Assembly (NCBI GenBank): GCA_019753125.1
Contig: JAIELH010000029.1
Coordinates: 2,428-66,427 of the forward strand
Source: Gallionellaceae bacterium
GTDB taxonomy: Bacteria > Pseudomonadota > Gammaproteobacteria > Burkholderiales > Gallionellaceae
Direction: 5' to 3'
DNA length: 64,000 bases
Position 1 is the stretch's first letter. Each line of letters opens with the position of its first letter. Shown in pieces: positions 31,757 to 41,753 of the stretch. Both the position numbers and the translations under genes were made by a program. Below the pieces are notes generated by a model. That model ran no database searches. It saw only the letters and a program-made list of their open reading frames with translations, and was not told the origin of the DNA.

Positions 31757-34242
31757 GGCAACCTCCGTGTTTTCGCGAATAAAGTGCGTATGCGTGCCGC
31801 ATTGCCGATCACGACCAATGAACTGATCGGCATCGTGATCGCCGCCACCAGCGGGTTGACTCTTGCCATCATCGCCAGCGGCACCATGATAGCGTTATAG
31901 ACGAACGACAGCCCGATGTTCTGCTTGATCGTGCGCAGCGTGCGGCGCGACAGCAGGGTGGCGAGCCGCACCTTGTCCAGCTCGTTGTGCATCAGCACGA
32001 TGTCAGCGCTTTCCACCGAGACATCGGTGCCCGAGCCGAGCGCGATACCGACGTCGGCGCGGATCAAGGCGGGCGCGTCGTTGACGCCGTCGCCGACCAT
32101 CGCGACGATTGCGCCGCGCTGCTGCAACTGGCGGATCGCCTGATCCTTGTCCTGCGGCAACACCTCGGCGATCACTTCCATGCCGCCCAGTTGCCGCGCA
32201 ATCGCCTCGGCAACCGGCCTGCGATCGCCGCTCAGCAGCGTCATCTTGATCCCGGCCGTGCGCAGCTCGTTGACCAGTTGCTGCGCATCGTCGCGCAACT
32301 TGTCCGCCAGCGCGAGCACCGCGACATGCGCGCCATCCACCGCGACATGCACGCAGCTCATCGCCTGCGCTTCCATCTCGCCCGCCCGCGCCTGCAATCC
32401 CGCATCGAGCGCAACGCCGCGCTGCGCCAGCCATCCGGCGCTGCCCAGCAACATCGCCTTGCCCGCCGCGCTGGCCTCTACGCCCATACTTGCCTCCACG
32501 CCCAGACTTGCCTCCACACCTAGCCCCGCCGCCGCCTGGAATCCGGACACGGTGATGTTGCGGTAATCCAGTTGCTGTTTTTCCGCTTCGGCAATGACGG
32601 CCTTGGCCACGCTGTGTTCGCTGTAGCGCTCGACCGCGGCCGCGCCGCATAACACCTCCTGAGCCACGACGCCGGATGCGACATGCAGGTGCGCGACGCT
32701 CATCTTGCCTTCGGTCAGCGTGCCAGTTTTGTCAAATACGAAATGATCCACCCGCGACAGCGTTTCGAGCGCCAGCCCGTTCTTGACCAGGATGCCGTGC
32801 TTCGCGCCGAGGCCGGAGGCCACCGCAATCGACATCGGGGTCGCCATGCCCAGCGCGCACGGGCAGGTGATGATCAGCACCGAAGTCGCGGCCATCAATG
32901 CGGTCTCGAAATTTTGGCTGTTCCAGATAAAGAACGTCAGCGCCGCGCAGACCAGCGTCACCAGCACGAACCACGGCACGATGGTGTCGGCGAGGCGCTG
33001 GATCGGCGCCCTGGAAGACTGCGCCTCCTCGACCAGCCGGATGATTTTCGCCAGCGTGGTGTCCTGCATCGCCGCGCGCACCTCGACCAGCAATGCCCCG
33101 TTGGTATTCACGGTTCCGGCAGAGACCGGCGCACCGGTTGATTTGCTCACCGGCACGGATTCGCCGCTCAACATCGATTCGTCCACCGCGCTGTGGCCTT
33201 CCAGCACGACGCCGTCCACCGGCACCTTGCAGCCGGGTTTGATCAGCACCCGGTCGCCGGGTTTGACGCCGCGTATCGGCGTCATCTGCTCCTGCCCGCC
33301 GCGCAGCACGATCGCCGCGCGCGGCTGCAGCTCCATCAGGCGCTGGGTCGCGGAAATTGCCTGATGGCGGAACATGCCTTCCAGATAGCGCCCGATCAGG
33401 ATCACGAAGGTCAGGTTGGTGACGGTATCGAAATATACCTCGCCGCTCCTGCTCGCCGTCAGCGTGATGTAGCACGAATAGGCGTAGGTGACGCTCAGGC
33501 CGATCGCAATCGGCAAATCCATCGTCAGATGCCTGCCGCGCAGCCCGCCCCATGCGCCGCGATAGAACGGGTAGCCCGCATACAGCAAGGTCGGCGTGGC
33601 CAGCGCCAGCCCGATCCAGTGAAAGAATTCGCGGAACTCGTCGCGGTTCGCGCCGCTGTACAGCGCAATCGAAATCCACAGCATGTTCATCATCGCGAAG
33701 CCGGCGAAGAACAGCCGGTAGAGCATCGCACGGTTAGCTTTCTTGATTGCGCCTTCCGCGCTTTCCGGGTCGTAGGGCACCGCCGAATAGCCGATCCTGG
33801 CAAGCGCGCGAATCATGTCGGACAATTTGCTGCGGTTGTTGTCCCAGCGCAGATGCAGCCGCCGTGCCGCCAGGTTAACCTCGGCCGACTGCACGCCGGG
33901 CACGCGCTGCAAGCCGCGTTCGATCAGCCACACGCAGGCGGCGCAGTGGATGCCTTCAACCAGCAGGTGAATGTCGCGCATCTCGCCGAAGCAAGTGGTG
34001 AATTCCTGCTGCACCTCGTCGAAGTCGTAGATTTCGATGTCTTTGGGCGGTTCAGGCGGAGGGGCGAGCAACGCGCCTTCCGGGGTGCGCTGATAATAGC
34101 CTTGCAGCCCGGCGTCGAAAATGGCGCTGCATACCGACTGGCAGCCGAAGCAACAGAATTTCCGCTCTGCACCATCGAGCTCGGCGCGATAATCCGCATC
34201 CGTTTCGATCGGCAGGCCACAATGAAAACAATTACCGTTCAA
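31747..34242 (-). CDS. ccoI: Heavy-metal P1B-type ATPase CcoI/FixI
   Basis: CFHCG, CCFGC, CAACVWLIE, CPC, DKTGT, GDGVND; cco context. Confidence 0.94.
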   Translation of the reverse strand: MNGNCFHCGLPIETDADYRAELDGAERKFCCFGCQSVCSAIFDAGLQGYYQRTPEGALLAPPPEPPKDIEIYDFDEVQQEFTTCFGEMRDIHLLVEGIHCAACVWLIERGLQRVPGVQSAEVNLAARRLHLRWDNNRSKLSDMIRALARIGYSAVPYDPESAEGAIKKANRAMLYRLFFAGFAMMNMLWISIALYSGANRDEFREFFHWIGLALATPTLLYAGYPFYRGAWGGLRGRHLTMDLPIAIGLSVTYAYSCYITLTASRSGEVYFDTVTNLTFVILIGRYLEGMFRHQAISATQRLMELQPRAAIVLRGGQEQMTPIRGVKPGDRVLIKPGCKVPVDGVVLEGHSAVDESMLSGESVPVSKSTGAPVSAGTVNTNGALLVEVRAAMQDTTLAKIIRLVEEAQSSRAPIQRLADTIVPWFVLVTLVCAALTFFIWNSQNFETALMAATSVLIITCPCALGMATPMSIAVASGLGAKHGILVKNGLALETLSRVDHFVFDKTGTLTEGKMSVAHLHVASGVVAQEVLCGAAAVERYSEHSVAKAVIAEAEKQQLDYRNITVSGFQAAAGLGVEASLGVEASMGVEASAAGKAMLLGSAGWLAQRGVALDAGLQARAGEMEAQAMSCVHVAVDGAHVAVLALADKLRDDAQQLVNELRTAGIKMTLLSGDRRPVAEAIARQLGGMEVIAEVLPQDKDQAIRQLQQRGAIVAMVGDGVNDAPALIRADVGIALGSGTDVSVESADIVLMHNELDKVRLATLLSRRTLRTIKQNIGLSFVYNAIMVPLAMMARVNPLVAAITMPISSLVVIGNAARIRTLFAKTRRLPWT
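32470..32523. repeat. 3 x 18-bp in-frame tandem repeat inside ccoI
   Basis: Encodes LGVEAS-LGVEAS-MGVEAS. Confidence 0.8.
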
Positions 34243-34306
34243 GAGATAAGGCCGAAGAGTTGTAATTTTCCAAGATTATCGCGAGCATAGCCCGCTCAGG
34301 CGAATT

Positions 34307-37285
34307 TCAATTCAATAACTGCTCAAATTCCTCAATTGACAAAGCATTGCCGAACAGGAAGCCCTGATAAGCCACACAATCACGGCTCTTGAGCGAATCC
34401 AATTGCGCCTCGTTTTCCACTCCCTCTGCAATCACGGTGACGCGGCATCTGCTCGACATATCAATGATGCTCTGCACCAGCAACGCGACGTTGCCATCGC
34501 TCGCGACATCCCGCACAAAGCTTCTGCCAAGCTTGACTTGATCGAGCGGAAGTTGCTTCAAATTGGACAGCGACGAATAACGGACGCCAAAATCGTCCAT
34601 CGACAGACAGACCCCCAGCCCTTTCAAGGCATGCATCTTTTCAACTGCGGCTTTCAGATTATCAAGCGCCATGTTTTCGGTCAGCTCCAGTTTCAGGTGC
34701 GCGGGATTTATACGATACGCCCGCAGAAGGCTGTCCACCCTGTCTACAAAATCCGGCATCGCAAATTGCCTGGCGCTGATGTTTACCGTCAGCACCAGAT
34801 CGCGCATTTTCTCGTTTGCACTCCACAAGGCAAGTTGCCGGCAGGCGGTCTCCAGCGCCCAATCGCTGATATCAAGAATCAACGTACTTTCTTCGGCAAC
34901 CGGAAGAAACTGCTCAGGCATGACCATGCCGCGCTGTGGATGTATCCAGCGCAGCAAAGCCTCCGCTCCTACCGGGCGATTATCGTTATCCACCTGCAAC
35001 TGGTAGTGCAGATGCAATTGCCGCTGTGCAATCGCATTGCGCAAATCACTGACAAATGCAGCGCGCGCTACCACGTTATTTTGCATAACCGGGTCAAAGA
35101 ATCGCACCGTATTGCGCCCGGATTCCTTGGCCTGGTACATCGCCATATCGGCATGCTGAAGCAACTCATTGACCGGCTCTTCGTTGCCGCAGTACAGGCT
35201 GATACCGATGCTGGGGGAGCTATTGTGCTCATGCCCATTGAGGCTGTAAGGGCGCGCCAACGATTCGCGGATTTTCTCGGCGACCAACCCGACCTTGTAC
35301 GAAGCCTCCTCCTGATCGTCGCTGACACATTCGATCAGCACCACAAACTCATCCCCACCCAATCTTGCCACAGTATCCATTTCACGCACGCAGGCCTTGA
35401 TCCGGGAGGCTACTTCGATCAACAACAGATCGCCATAGTTATGCCCGAGCGTGTCGTTAATCAACTTGAAGCGGTCCATATCGATGAATAAAACCGCGCC
35501 AAAGTTATTGAGCCGCATGGAAGCTGTCAACGCCGCGCCAAAACGGTCGAGAAACAAGCGGCGGTTAGGCAATTTTGTCAGCGTGTCATAAAACGCCAGG
35601 TTGTGAATTTCCTCCTCGGCCTGCTTGCGCCCGGTGATGTCGCGGCTGGAGGCATAAATGAAACTCTGCCCATCCAGCTCCACGCCGGAGGCGCTGATTT
35701 CGACATTGATCAACGTACCGTCCTTGCGGCGATATACCGCCTCGAACATATCGTTCTTGCCGACAAGCTCCCTGAACTTCTCTCGCAGTTCCTCAACGGA
35801 CTCCCGGGCGCTCCAGTCTGCCACATTAAGGCCGTGCATATCTTTTTTGGTATAGCCCAGCATTCGACAAAAGGCGTCGTTGGCCTCCACGAGATTACCC
35901 TGCACATCCATCACATGGATGCCGTCCATGGAGGTCTGCATCAATGACTTGTAGCGGCTCAACGTGGAGCCGGTCAGGCGCTGGGCCAGCTCCAGTTCGA
36001 CGGTGCGTTCCTTTACACGCTCTTCAAGGTGCATGGACAGATCGTGCAAACGCGCCTCGTTTTCGCGCGACGCTTTTAACAATGCTCCGAATCCATCTGC
36101 CATTTCATTAAAACTATCGCCTACCTGACCAAGCTCATCGTGTGTGCCAAGATCAATCCGCTCACTCAGATTGCCACCGGCAAAAGCGCGCGCCGAGCTG
36201 GCAATCGAGCGGATATTGACAATAATGGCACGGCAAATGCCAATCGAAAAATAGGATGCCGCCAGGAACAGCAAAAAAGCGATGGCGACAGTATTGCGTA
36301 ACGTATTTTTTGCCCTGGCGATACGCGCCTTGATAAGGGTTTCTGCCATTGGCAGCAACGCTTCATATATCTGCGTATAGCTCTTGTCGATCGCCGCAGT
36401 GGATACCCTGTAGAAATCATTGGGAGACATGGCGAAATGGCCGGAAAGAATATCCGACGCCACGAGGCTAGTGATCTGTCGCACCGAATCATCGATGTTG
36501 CCGGATGTTTCCGCGATCAACTTCTGGCGTGCCGAATTGTGGCGGCTGGTCTTGTCGAGATTGGCCTTAAGGTCGTCGAGCGCATCACCTAGCTTGGAGA
36601 CCAGGATGTTGATTTCGATCTTCCGGGGCTCGGAGGCCTGCTTGTTGATTAGGATACCGGTGCCGTATGCACGGATCTGCCCGAGATGTTCGAGTGCGTG
36701 CGGCAATTTGTTTATGATCGTGTCGATCAGGTAGAACGTATCGAGTTCTGGATCCAGAATCAGCGAGTATTCATCGGCAACAACCTCTTCGAATGACTGT
36801 ATCCGGTCGATCAGGCGGGTATGTGCGGCGAAGTTCTCGTCCATCGTCCAATTGAGGCCTTCTTCGCGCAGGCGCTTCCAGTCGGCCCTGATATGCTGCA
36901 AATCTTCTCTTGAAGCCAGGCCGGGAGGCAGCTTTTCTTCCACCGTCTTGAATGCCTCGATCGCCTCTTGTTCCATTGCAATGCGGCTGTCTCGTATGGT
37001 CTCGTCGCCACCGAGGAGCATGGACGAAAGCCCGCGGTGCTGCTGGAGTATTTGTATGGTTCTGGAAAGCGGGTTGACCAGCTCGATGCCTTTCAGTTCC
37101 TGCTGCATAAAACCGATGGATTTATCGAGGTTGGCAAACAGGCCGTATGCCACTACCGTGATCGCGACCAGCGACATCAACCCAAGCAGCGCAAACTTCC
37201 TGGTGACATCCAGGCGATTCATCATAACTACGGCAGGGGAAAAAAATACCTGCAATAATTTTGCTTTGCCGCTGTTGCTTGCCAT
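34307..37285 (-). CDS. Sensor-HAMP-PAS-GGDEF-EAL c-di-GMP signalling protein
   Basis: TM-flanked helical sensor (LQQHRGLS), HAMP, PAS, RLGGDEF, EALLRW; ATG 37285 after GAGGGG. Confidence 0.9.
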   Translation of the reverse strand: MASNSGKAKLLQVFFSPAVVMMNRLDVTRKFALLGLMSLVAITVVAYGLFANLDKSIGFMQQELKGIELVNPLSRTIQILQQHRGLSSMLLGGDETIRDSRIAMEQEAIEAFKTVEEKLPPGLASREDLQHIRADWKRLREEGLNWTMDENFAAHTRLIDRIQSFEEVVADEYSLILDPELDTFYLIDTIINKLPHALEHLGQIRAYGTGILINKQASEPRKIEINILVSKLGDALDDLKANLDKTSRHNSARQKLIAETSGNIDDSVRQITSLVASDILSGHFAMSPNDFYRVSTAAIDKSYTQIYEALLPMAETLIKARIARAKNTLRNTVAIAFLLFLAASYFSIGICRAIIVNIRSIASSARAFAGGNLSERIDLGTHDELGQVGDSFNEMADGFGALLKASRENEARLHDLSMHLEERVKERTVELELAQRLTGSTLSRYKSLMQTSMDGIHVMDVQGNLVEANDAFCRMLGYTKKDMHGLNVADWSARESVEELREKFRELVGKNDMFEAVYRRKDGTLINVEISASGVELDGQSFIYASSRDITGRKQAEEEIHNLAFYDTLTKLPNRRLFLDRFGAALTASMRLNNFGAVLFIDMDRFKLINDTLGHNYGDLLLIEVASRIKACVREMDTVARLGGDEFVVLIECVSDDQEEASYKVGLVAEKIRESLARPYSLNGHEHNSSPSIGISLYCGNEEPVNELLQHADMAMYQAKESGRNTVRFFDPVMQNNVVARAAFVSDLRNAIAQRQLHLHYQLQVDNDNRPVGAEALLRWIHPQRGMVMPEQFLPVAEESTLILDISDWALETACRQLALWSANEKMRDLVLTVNISARQFAMPDFVDRVDSLLRAYRINPAHLKLELTENMALDNLKAAVEKMHALKGLGVCLSMDDFGVRYSSLSNLKQLPLDQVKLGRSFVRDVASDGNVALLVQSIIDMSSRCRVTVIAEGVENEAQLDSLKSRDCVAYQGFLFGNALSIEEFEQLLN

Positions 37286-37333
37286 CACGATAACCCCCTC
37301 ATGGCTTACGCGCGTGAATCGCAATACACTATA

Positions 37334-37474
37334 GGGCACTTCTAAAAATCCACATTTCATCCCACCTGCTGCGTTGTGGAAAAAATTTCTTGCTTACATA
37401 TCATACATATGCGGCGCGGCGAAATTTTTTCCACGCCTTGCATTTGGGCGAACTCTGGATTTTTAGAAGTACCC
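37334..37474. mobile_element. 141-bp MITE, same family as 18221-18362
   Basis: gggcacttctaaaaatcca ... tggatttttagaagtaccc, flanked by tata on both sides; imperfect palindrome throughout. Confidence 0.85.
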
Positions 37475-37729
37475 TATAGCTGGCGCCGTGGCACGGCGTA
37501 TATTGCTCCTGAACGTTGACCATAGGCGACAACAAAAGTTCTATACCGTTCGTCGAAGCTGAACCGGACACATCCGGCATAGAACTTCTGTTGCCGCATT
37601 CGAGACAGGCTACGCCGGTTAAAAAAACGATAGTGGAAATTTGAATGCTCCCTGACCTGCCAAGCGAGGGCCGCCAAGCAAGCTGATGGTTGGCATTCGG
37701 CCTGTTACATCACGGAATTATGACTTCAT

Positions 37730-38239
37730 TCATCGTGAACTGGCGACCATGAATCTGCCAGTGCCGGCCTCGAACACATCTGCTCCGCGTTTAATGCGGA
37801 TGCGCAACTCCCAGTAGCCCTTGAGCGGAAAGCTGATCGCGCCCCGATAGTTGCCCGCCGACACTTCGGCGAAAGCCGTCGTGAAATCCCTGCTCGCATC
37901 GGCTGCGCGATAGGCCTCTACTTCCATCGTCCCGCTGACCGGCATGCCCTCGCGATCCGCGATACTGATTTCATACGCAGCCGGGGAGTTCATGACAATG
38001 GCCTTGGGTTGCTTGACCGTGGTCTTCCAGGCGAGCATATTGCGCACCTCAATATCGTTCATTGCCTCTGTGTCAGATTTGCGGCTTTTGGTGCTGTAGT
38101 CCCTGTCCACCAACGTGGAACTGTTGTGCATGGCGTGCCAGATGAAAATGCCATTCACCCCCAGCACCACCACGATCAATGCTATCGCCCCGAGGAACCA
38201 GGGGTTGTGCAACCCTTTTTTATTTTCCTGTGAAATCAT
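37730..38239 (-). CDS. ccoH: FixH/CcoH family protein
   Basis: NPW plus a single TM, LVDRDY, G.WEL; downstream of ccoG. Confidence 0.85.
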   Translation of the reverse strand: MISQENKKGLHNPWFLGAIALIVVVLGVNGIFIWHAMHNSSTLVDRDYSTKSRKSDTEAMNDIEVRNMLAWKTTVKQPKAIVMNSPAAYEISIADREGMPVSGTMEVEAYRAADASRDFTTAFAEVSAGNYRGAISFPLKGYWELRIRIKRGADVFEAGTGRFMVASSR

Positions 38240-38273
38240 TTATGCTCCCTGAACTGACATCGCAATTACGCGC

Positions 38274-39704
38274 TCAAGGCTTGGGGCCATTGAACATCGT
38301 TTCATATTCTGCCGCCATGTCCGGGTTGTCGACGCCCTGGATGCGGAACCGGATCGGCATTACTTCTTGGCTGATATTTTCGCCGGGCGCTTTGACAAAG
38401 ATGGTAAAGGATACGCCGCGTCCGTGATGCGCCAGCAATGGTTTTCCGGCGCCGATCATCACTTGACCCTTTACGCCGCCACTTGCCGTGACCGCCACCA
38501 GAACATCCTTGTCGGTCTTGTTGAGCACCTTGAATTCATATTTGTTCTGGATCGAGCCATCGCTCAGGCGCACGAACAGCGGCTGGCGCTCCGGCAGCAC
38601 CTTCAATGTCATCGAACCCAAGTGGGTCAGGCCGTAAACGATGCCGCCCAGCGCAGCCAGAATAATGCCCACATACACCAGTGTGCGGGGATGCTGGTAC
38701 ATTTTTTTGGCGGGCTTGCCGTCCAGCTCATCCAGCGAGGCATAACGGATCAGCCCACGCGGACGGCCAATCTTGTCCATGATCGAATCGCAGGCATCCA
38801 GACACAGGCCGCAGGTAATGCAACCAAGCTGTTGTCCATTGCGGATGTCCACACCGGTCGGGCAGACTTGCACACACTGAAAACAATCGATGCAATCGCC
38901 CGGTTTGCCTTCAGCGGCTTCCGCTCCGCGATGCAGCTTGCCGCGCGGCTCGCCGCGCCTGAAATCATAGGTCGGCAGAATCGTTTGCGAGTCTGTCATC
39001 ACGCCCTGAATGCGCGCATACGGGCACATCCACATGCACACCTGCTCGCGCAACATTCCGGCCAGGATATAAGTGCCGAAAAAGAACATGATCAGCACCA
39101 CCCAGCCGACCAGCGGCAGGCGTAAATGCAGCAGGTCATCCCAGTATTGATAGGCATCGACAAACCAGATCGAAAAGCTGATGCCGGTAAGCAGCGCAAT
39201 CGCCATCCAGATCGCGTGCTTGAGGGTTCTTTTGCGCAGTTTTTCCGGGCTCCACGGGGCGGTATCAAGCTTGCGGCGTGCCGCAGGCGGCCCCTCGATC
39301 TTGTCTTCTATCCAGGCGAACCAGTCGGTCCACGAGCTCTGGAAACAAAAATAGCCGCAGAACACCCGCGATGCGACCGAAGTGACCGCAAACAAGCCCA
39401 TCGCGAGCAACAGCAGCAGCAGCGACAGCATCCAGATATCCTGCGGCAACACCGTCAGGTCAAAGAAGTGGAACTGGCGGTTTTCAATATCGAACAGAAT
39501 GGCCTGTTTGCCATTCCAGCGCAGATAGGGGACAAGAAAAAACAGCAGCCAGAGCGATTCGGTACAGTTTTTTACCGTGCGAAAAAAACCCGGCATGCGC
39601 TTTGCATGTATGGTCACATCACCCTTGTTGACCGACCAGGACTCAAATTCCTGATAAATCACCGTGACGTTGCCGGCTTTATTTTTCTCTATTTCCTGAT
39701 CCAC
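38274..39704 (-). CDS. ccoG: Cytochrome c oxidase accessory protein CcoG
   Basis: RVFCGYFCFQ, CMWMCPY, CIDCFQCVQVCPTGVDIR, CITCGLCLDAC. Confidence 0.95.
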   Translation of the reverse strand: MDQEIEKNKAGNVTVIYQEFESWSVNKGDVTIHAKRMPGFFRTVKNCTESLWLLFFLVPYLRWNGKQAILFDIENRQFHFFDLTVLPQDIWMLSLLLLLLAMGLFAVTSVASRVFCGYFCFQSSWTDWFAWIEDKIEGPPAARRKLDTAPWSPEKLRKRTLKHAIWMAIALLTGISFSIWFVDAYQYWDDLLHLRLPLVGWVVLIMFFFGTYILAGMLREQVCMWMCPYARIQGVMTDSQTILPTYDFRRGEPRGKLHRGAEAAEGKPGDCIDCFQCVQVCPTGVDIRNGQQLGCITCGLCLDACDSIMDKIGRPRGLIRYASLDELDGKPAKKMYQHPRTLVYVGIILAALGGIVYGLTHLGSMTLKVLPERQPLFVRLSDGSIQNKYEFKVLNKTDKDVLVAVTASGGVKGQVMIGAGKPLLAHHGRGVSFTIFVKAPGENISQEVMPIRFRIQGVDNPDMAAEYETMFNGPKP

Positions 39705-39871
39705 AAACTCGCTCCTGGCCTGCCGGATTTCTCTGTGCTAGCCGATGGTAACATGCCGCCGGGGCGCAATTTACACGCCATTGTTTGCGGCCTTCAATTA
39801 AAGAGGGGCGCGATAAAAATCACGCCCCTGCCGAATTGATGCCCTTCAAGAATGAAAACAGACTGCCGGAT

Positions 39872-40783
39872 TTACTTTCCTGATTTATTGCCCGGGGCTT
39901 CTACAGACGCCGCCGGTGCATCTGCCTTTCCGCCGCCGAATTTATACACATACACAGCCAGCTTCTTTATTTCCGCATCGCTCAGCTTGCCGGCTTCCTT
40001 GAAACTGGGCATTACCGCAACACGCCCCATCGGATCGCCCGAATTCACACCGTATGTGATCGTGCGCTTGATGCCTTCGACAGAGCTGTCAAAACGCCAG
40101 ACCTTGTCGGTCAGGTTGGCCGAGCCCACCGCCTCCATGCCCTTGCCGTCTTCGCCGTGGCAGGCAATGCAACCCTTCCCCGCAAACAACGGGGTGGACA
40201 ACGGCTGCCCCTTCGCGACGGCATTGGCCAGCGTGTCGATCTCAGCTGCGGACAGCAGGTCCTTCTGTGCCGGCATCATGCTCTGGCGCCCACCTGCAAT
40301 GGATTCGTGGATGTTGTCGATTTTGCCGCCATACAACCAGTCGTCATCGTTCAGGATAGGCGCGAACAATCCGTCCTTGTCATGCACCCCCACGCCATTC
40401 TGCCCGTGGCAGGCGGCGCAGTTGTCGCCGAACAGCACCTTGCCGGAGCGCTTCACATACTCGGTCAGTTCGCTGTCCGCCAGAATCGCCGCCGGAGTCA
40501 TATCCTTGAGTTTGGCTTCAAATTTTCCGCGCACCGCATCCACCGCGCCCTTGTCGGCCTCCATTTCCTTGATCGCGGTCCAGCCGCCGAAGCCCTTGAA
40601 GTGCTCCCCCATCGTGGAAACCGGGATGGAAGGGTAATACAGCCAGTACACCACCACCCAAACCGCGCTGGCGGCCAAACCCAACATCCACCATTTCGGC
40701 GGCTGATTGGTAAAGTCCGCCAAGTCGCCATCCCATACGTGCCCCGTGGTCGGCACACCCGATACATCGTGTTTTTCACTCAT
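39872..40783 (-). CDS. ccoP: cbb3-type cytochrome c oxidase subunit III
   Basis: TTGHVWDG, PPKWW, CAACH, WLYGG, CIACH. Confidence 0.95.
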   Translation of the reverse strand: MSEKHDVSGVPTTGHVWDGDLADFTNQPPKWWMLGLAASAVWVVVYWLYYPSIPVSTMGEHFKGFGGWTAIKEMEADKGAVDAVRGKFEAKLKDMTPAAILADSELTEYVKRSGKVLFGDNCAACHGQNGVGVHDKDGLFAPILNDDDWLYGGKIDNIHESIAGGRQSMMPAQKDLLSAAEIDTLANAVAKGQPLSTPLFAGKGCIACHGEDGKGMEAVGSANLTDKVWRFDSSVEGIKRTITYGVNSGDPMGRVAVMPSFKEAGKLSDAEIKKLAVYVYKFGGGKADAPAASVEAPGNKSGK

Positions 40784-40989
40784 CTTTTTTCTCCCATTTT
40801 GACAGGATCGTCGTCATCCAGCGCCATGCCGCGTTGCGACTCGAATTTTTCCTTGTTTGCCGGGCGGAACACCATGAAGTAGGCATACACCATGCCTACA
40901 AACACCAGCACCGAGAAGAACACTCCCAGCCAGTCATTGGCGGTCATCGCAGCCACATCCATGCCCAGATAACCAAGCAGGCTAGTCAC
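40780..40989 (-). CDS. ccoQ: cbb3-type cytochrome c oxidase subunit CcoQ
   Basis: Single TM then K..FE...LDDD; lies between ccoO and ccoP. Confidence 0.85.
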   Translation of the reverse strand: MTSLLGYLGMDVAAMTANDWLGVFFSVLVFVGMVYAYFMVFRPANKEKFESQRGMALDDDDPVKMGEKR

Positions 40990-41743
40990 GGTAATTCACG
41001 CCTTCGCTGAATTTAATGTGATTACCAAGGCTTTGCAGGTAGGCAATAACGGCATCCATTTCGGTCTTGCCTTCCACCGCGCTGGTGGCGCTGGCGATGT
41101 CGGCATCGGTGTAAGGAGCCGGATAAAACGGCATGCTGCGCAGTGCCGCCATATTTTTCTTCAACTGTTCGGCGTCGATCCTGCTTTTCTCCAGAAAGAA
41201 ATAATTGGGCATTACCGACTCGGGCACCACACTGCGCGGATACTTCAGATGGCGGCGATGCCACTCATCCGAATACTTGCCGCCGACACGCGCCAAGTCA
41301 GGCCCGGTGCGCTTGGAGCCCCACTGGAACGGATGGTCGTACATCGATTCGGAAGACACCGAATAGTGCCCGTAACGATCCTTCTCGTCCCGGAACGGGC
41401 GGATCATTTGCGAGTGGCACAGATAGCAGCCTTCGCGGATATAAACATCGCGCCCGGCCAATTCCAATGGCTTGTAGGGACGCACGCCGTCGCCTGGCTT
41501 CCAGTCATCCAGCGATTGCCCGGCCTTGCGCTGCCAGATGATCGGAGCAATTTCCTTGCTGGTCACCTTGCTTTTGACATCGGGAGACAGGTGGGTCATC
41601 GTGCGATCCAGATAGAACAGCGGAACGATTTCCACAATACCGCCAACCGCCAGCGCGATGGCCGTTACGACGAACATCAGGATCGTGTTGCGTTCGATGT
41701 TGTCCTGGAATTTTGTGGAATAGATTTTGTCGTGGTCTGACAT
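40982..41743 (-). CDS. ccoO: cbb3-type cytochrome c oxidase subunit II
   Basis: [34 protein letters not shown]. Confidence 0.97.
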   Translation of the reverse strand: MSDHDKIYSTKFQDNIERNTILMFVVTAIALAVGGIVEIVPLFYLDRTMTHLSPDVKSKVTSKEIAPIIWQRKAGQSLDDWKPGDGVRPYKPLELAGRDVYIREGCYLCHSQMIRPFRDEKDRYGHYSVSSESMYDHPFQWGSKRTGPDLARVGGKYSDEWHRRHLKYPRSVVPESVMPNYFFLEKSRIDAEQLKKNMAALRSMPFYPAPYTDADIASATSAVEGKTEMDAVIAYLQSLGNHIKFSEGVNYRD

Positions 41744-41753
41744 GTCTCGCTCC

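Noticed and set aside
37286-37360. N-terminal extension MKCGFLEVP of the GGDEF-EAL ORF
   Set aside because: Its start derives from the MITE inverted repeat; a better RBS precedes ATG 37285.
37489-37506. TGGCAC..TTGC as a sigma54 promoter
   Set aside because: GG to GC spacing is 13 nt rather than 10.
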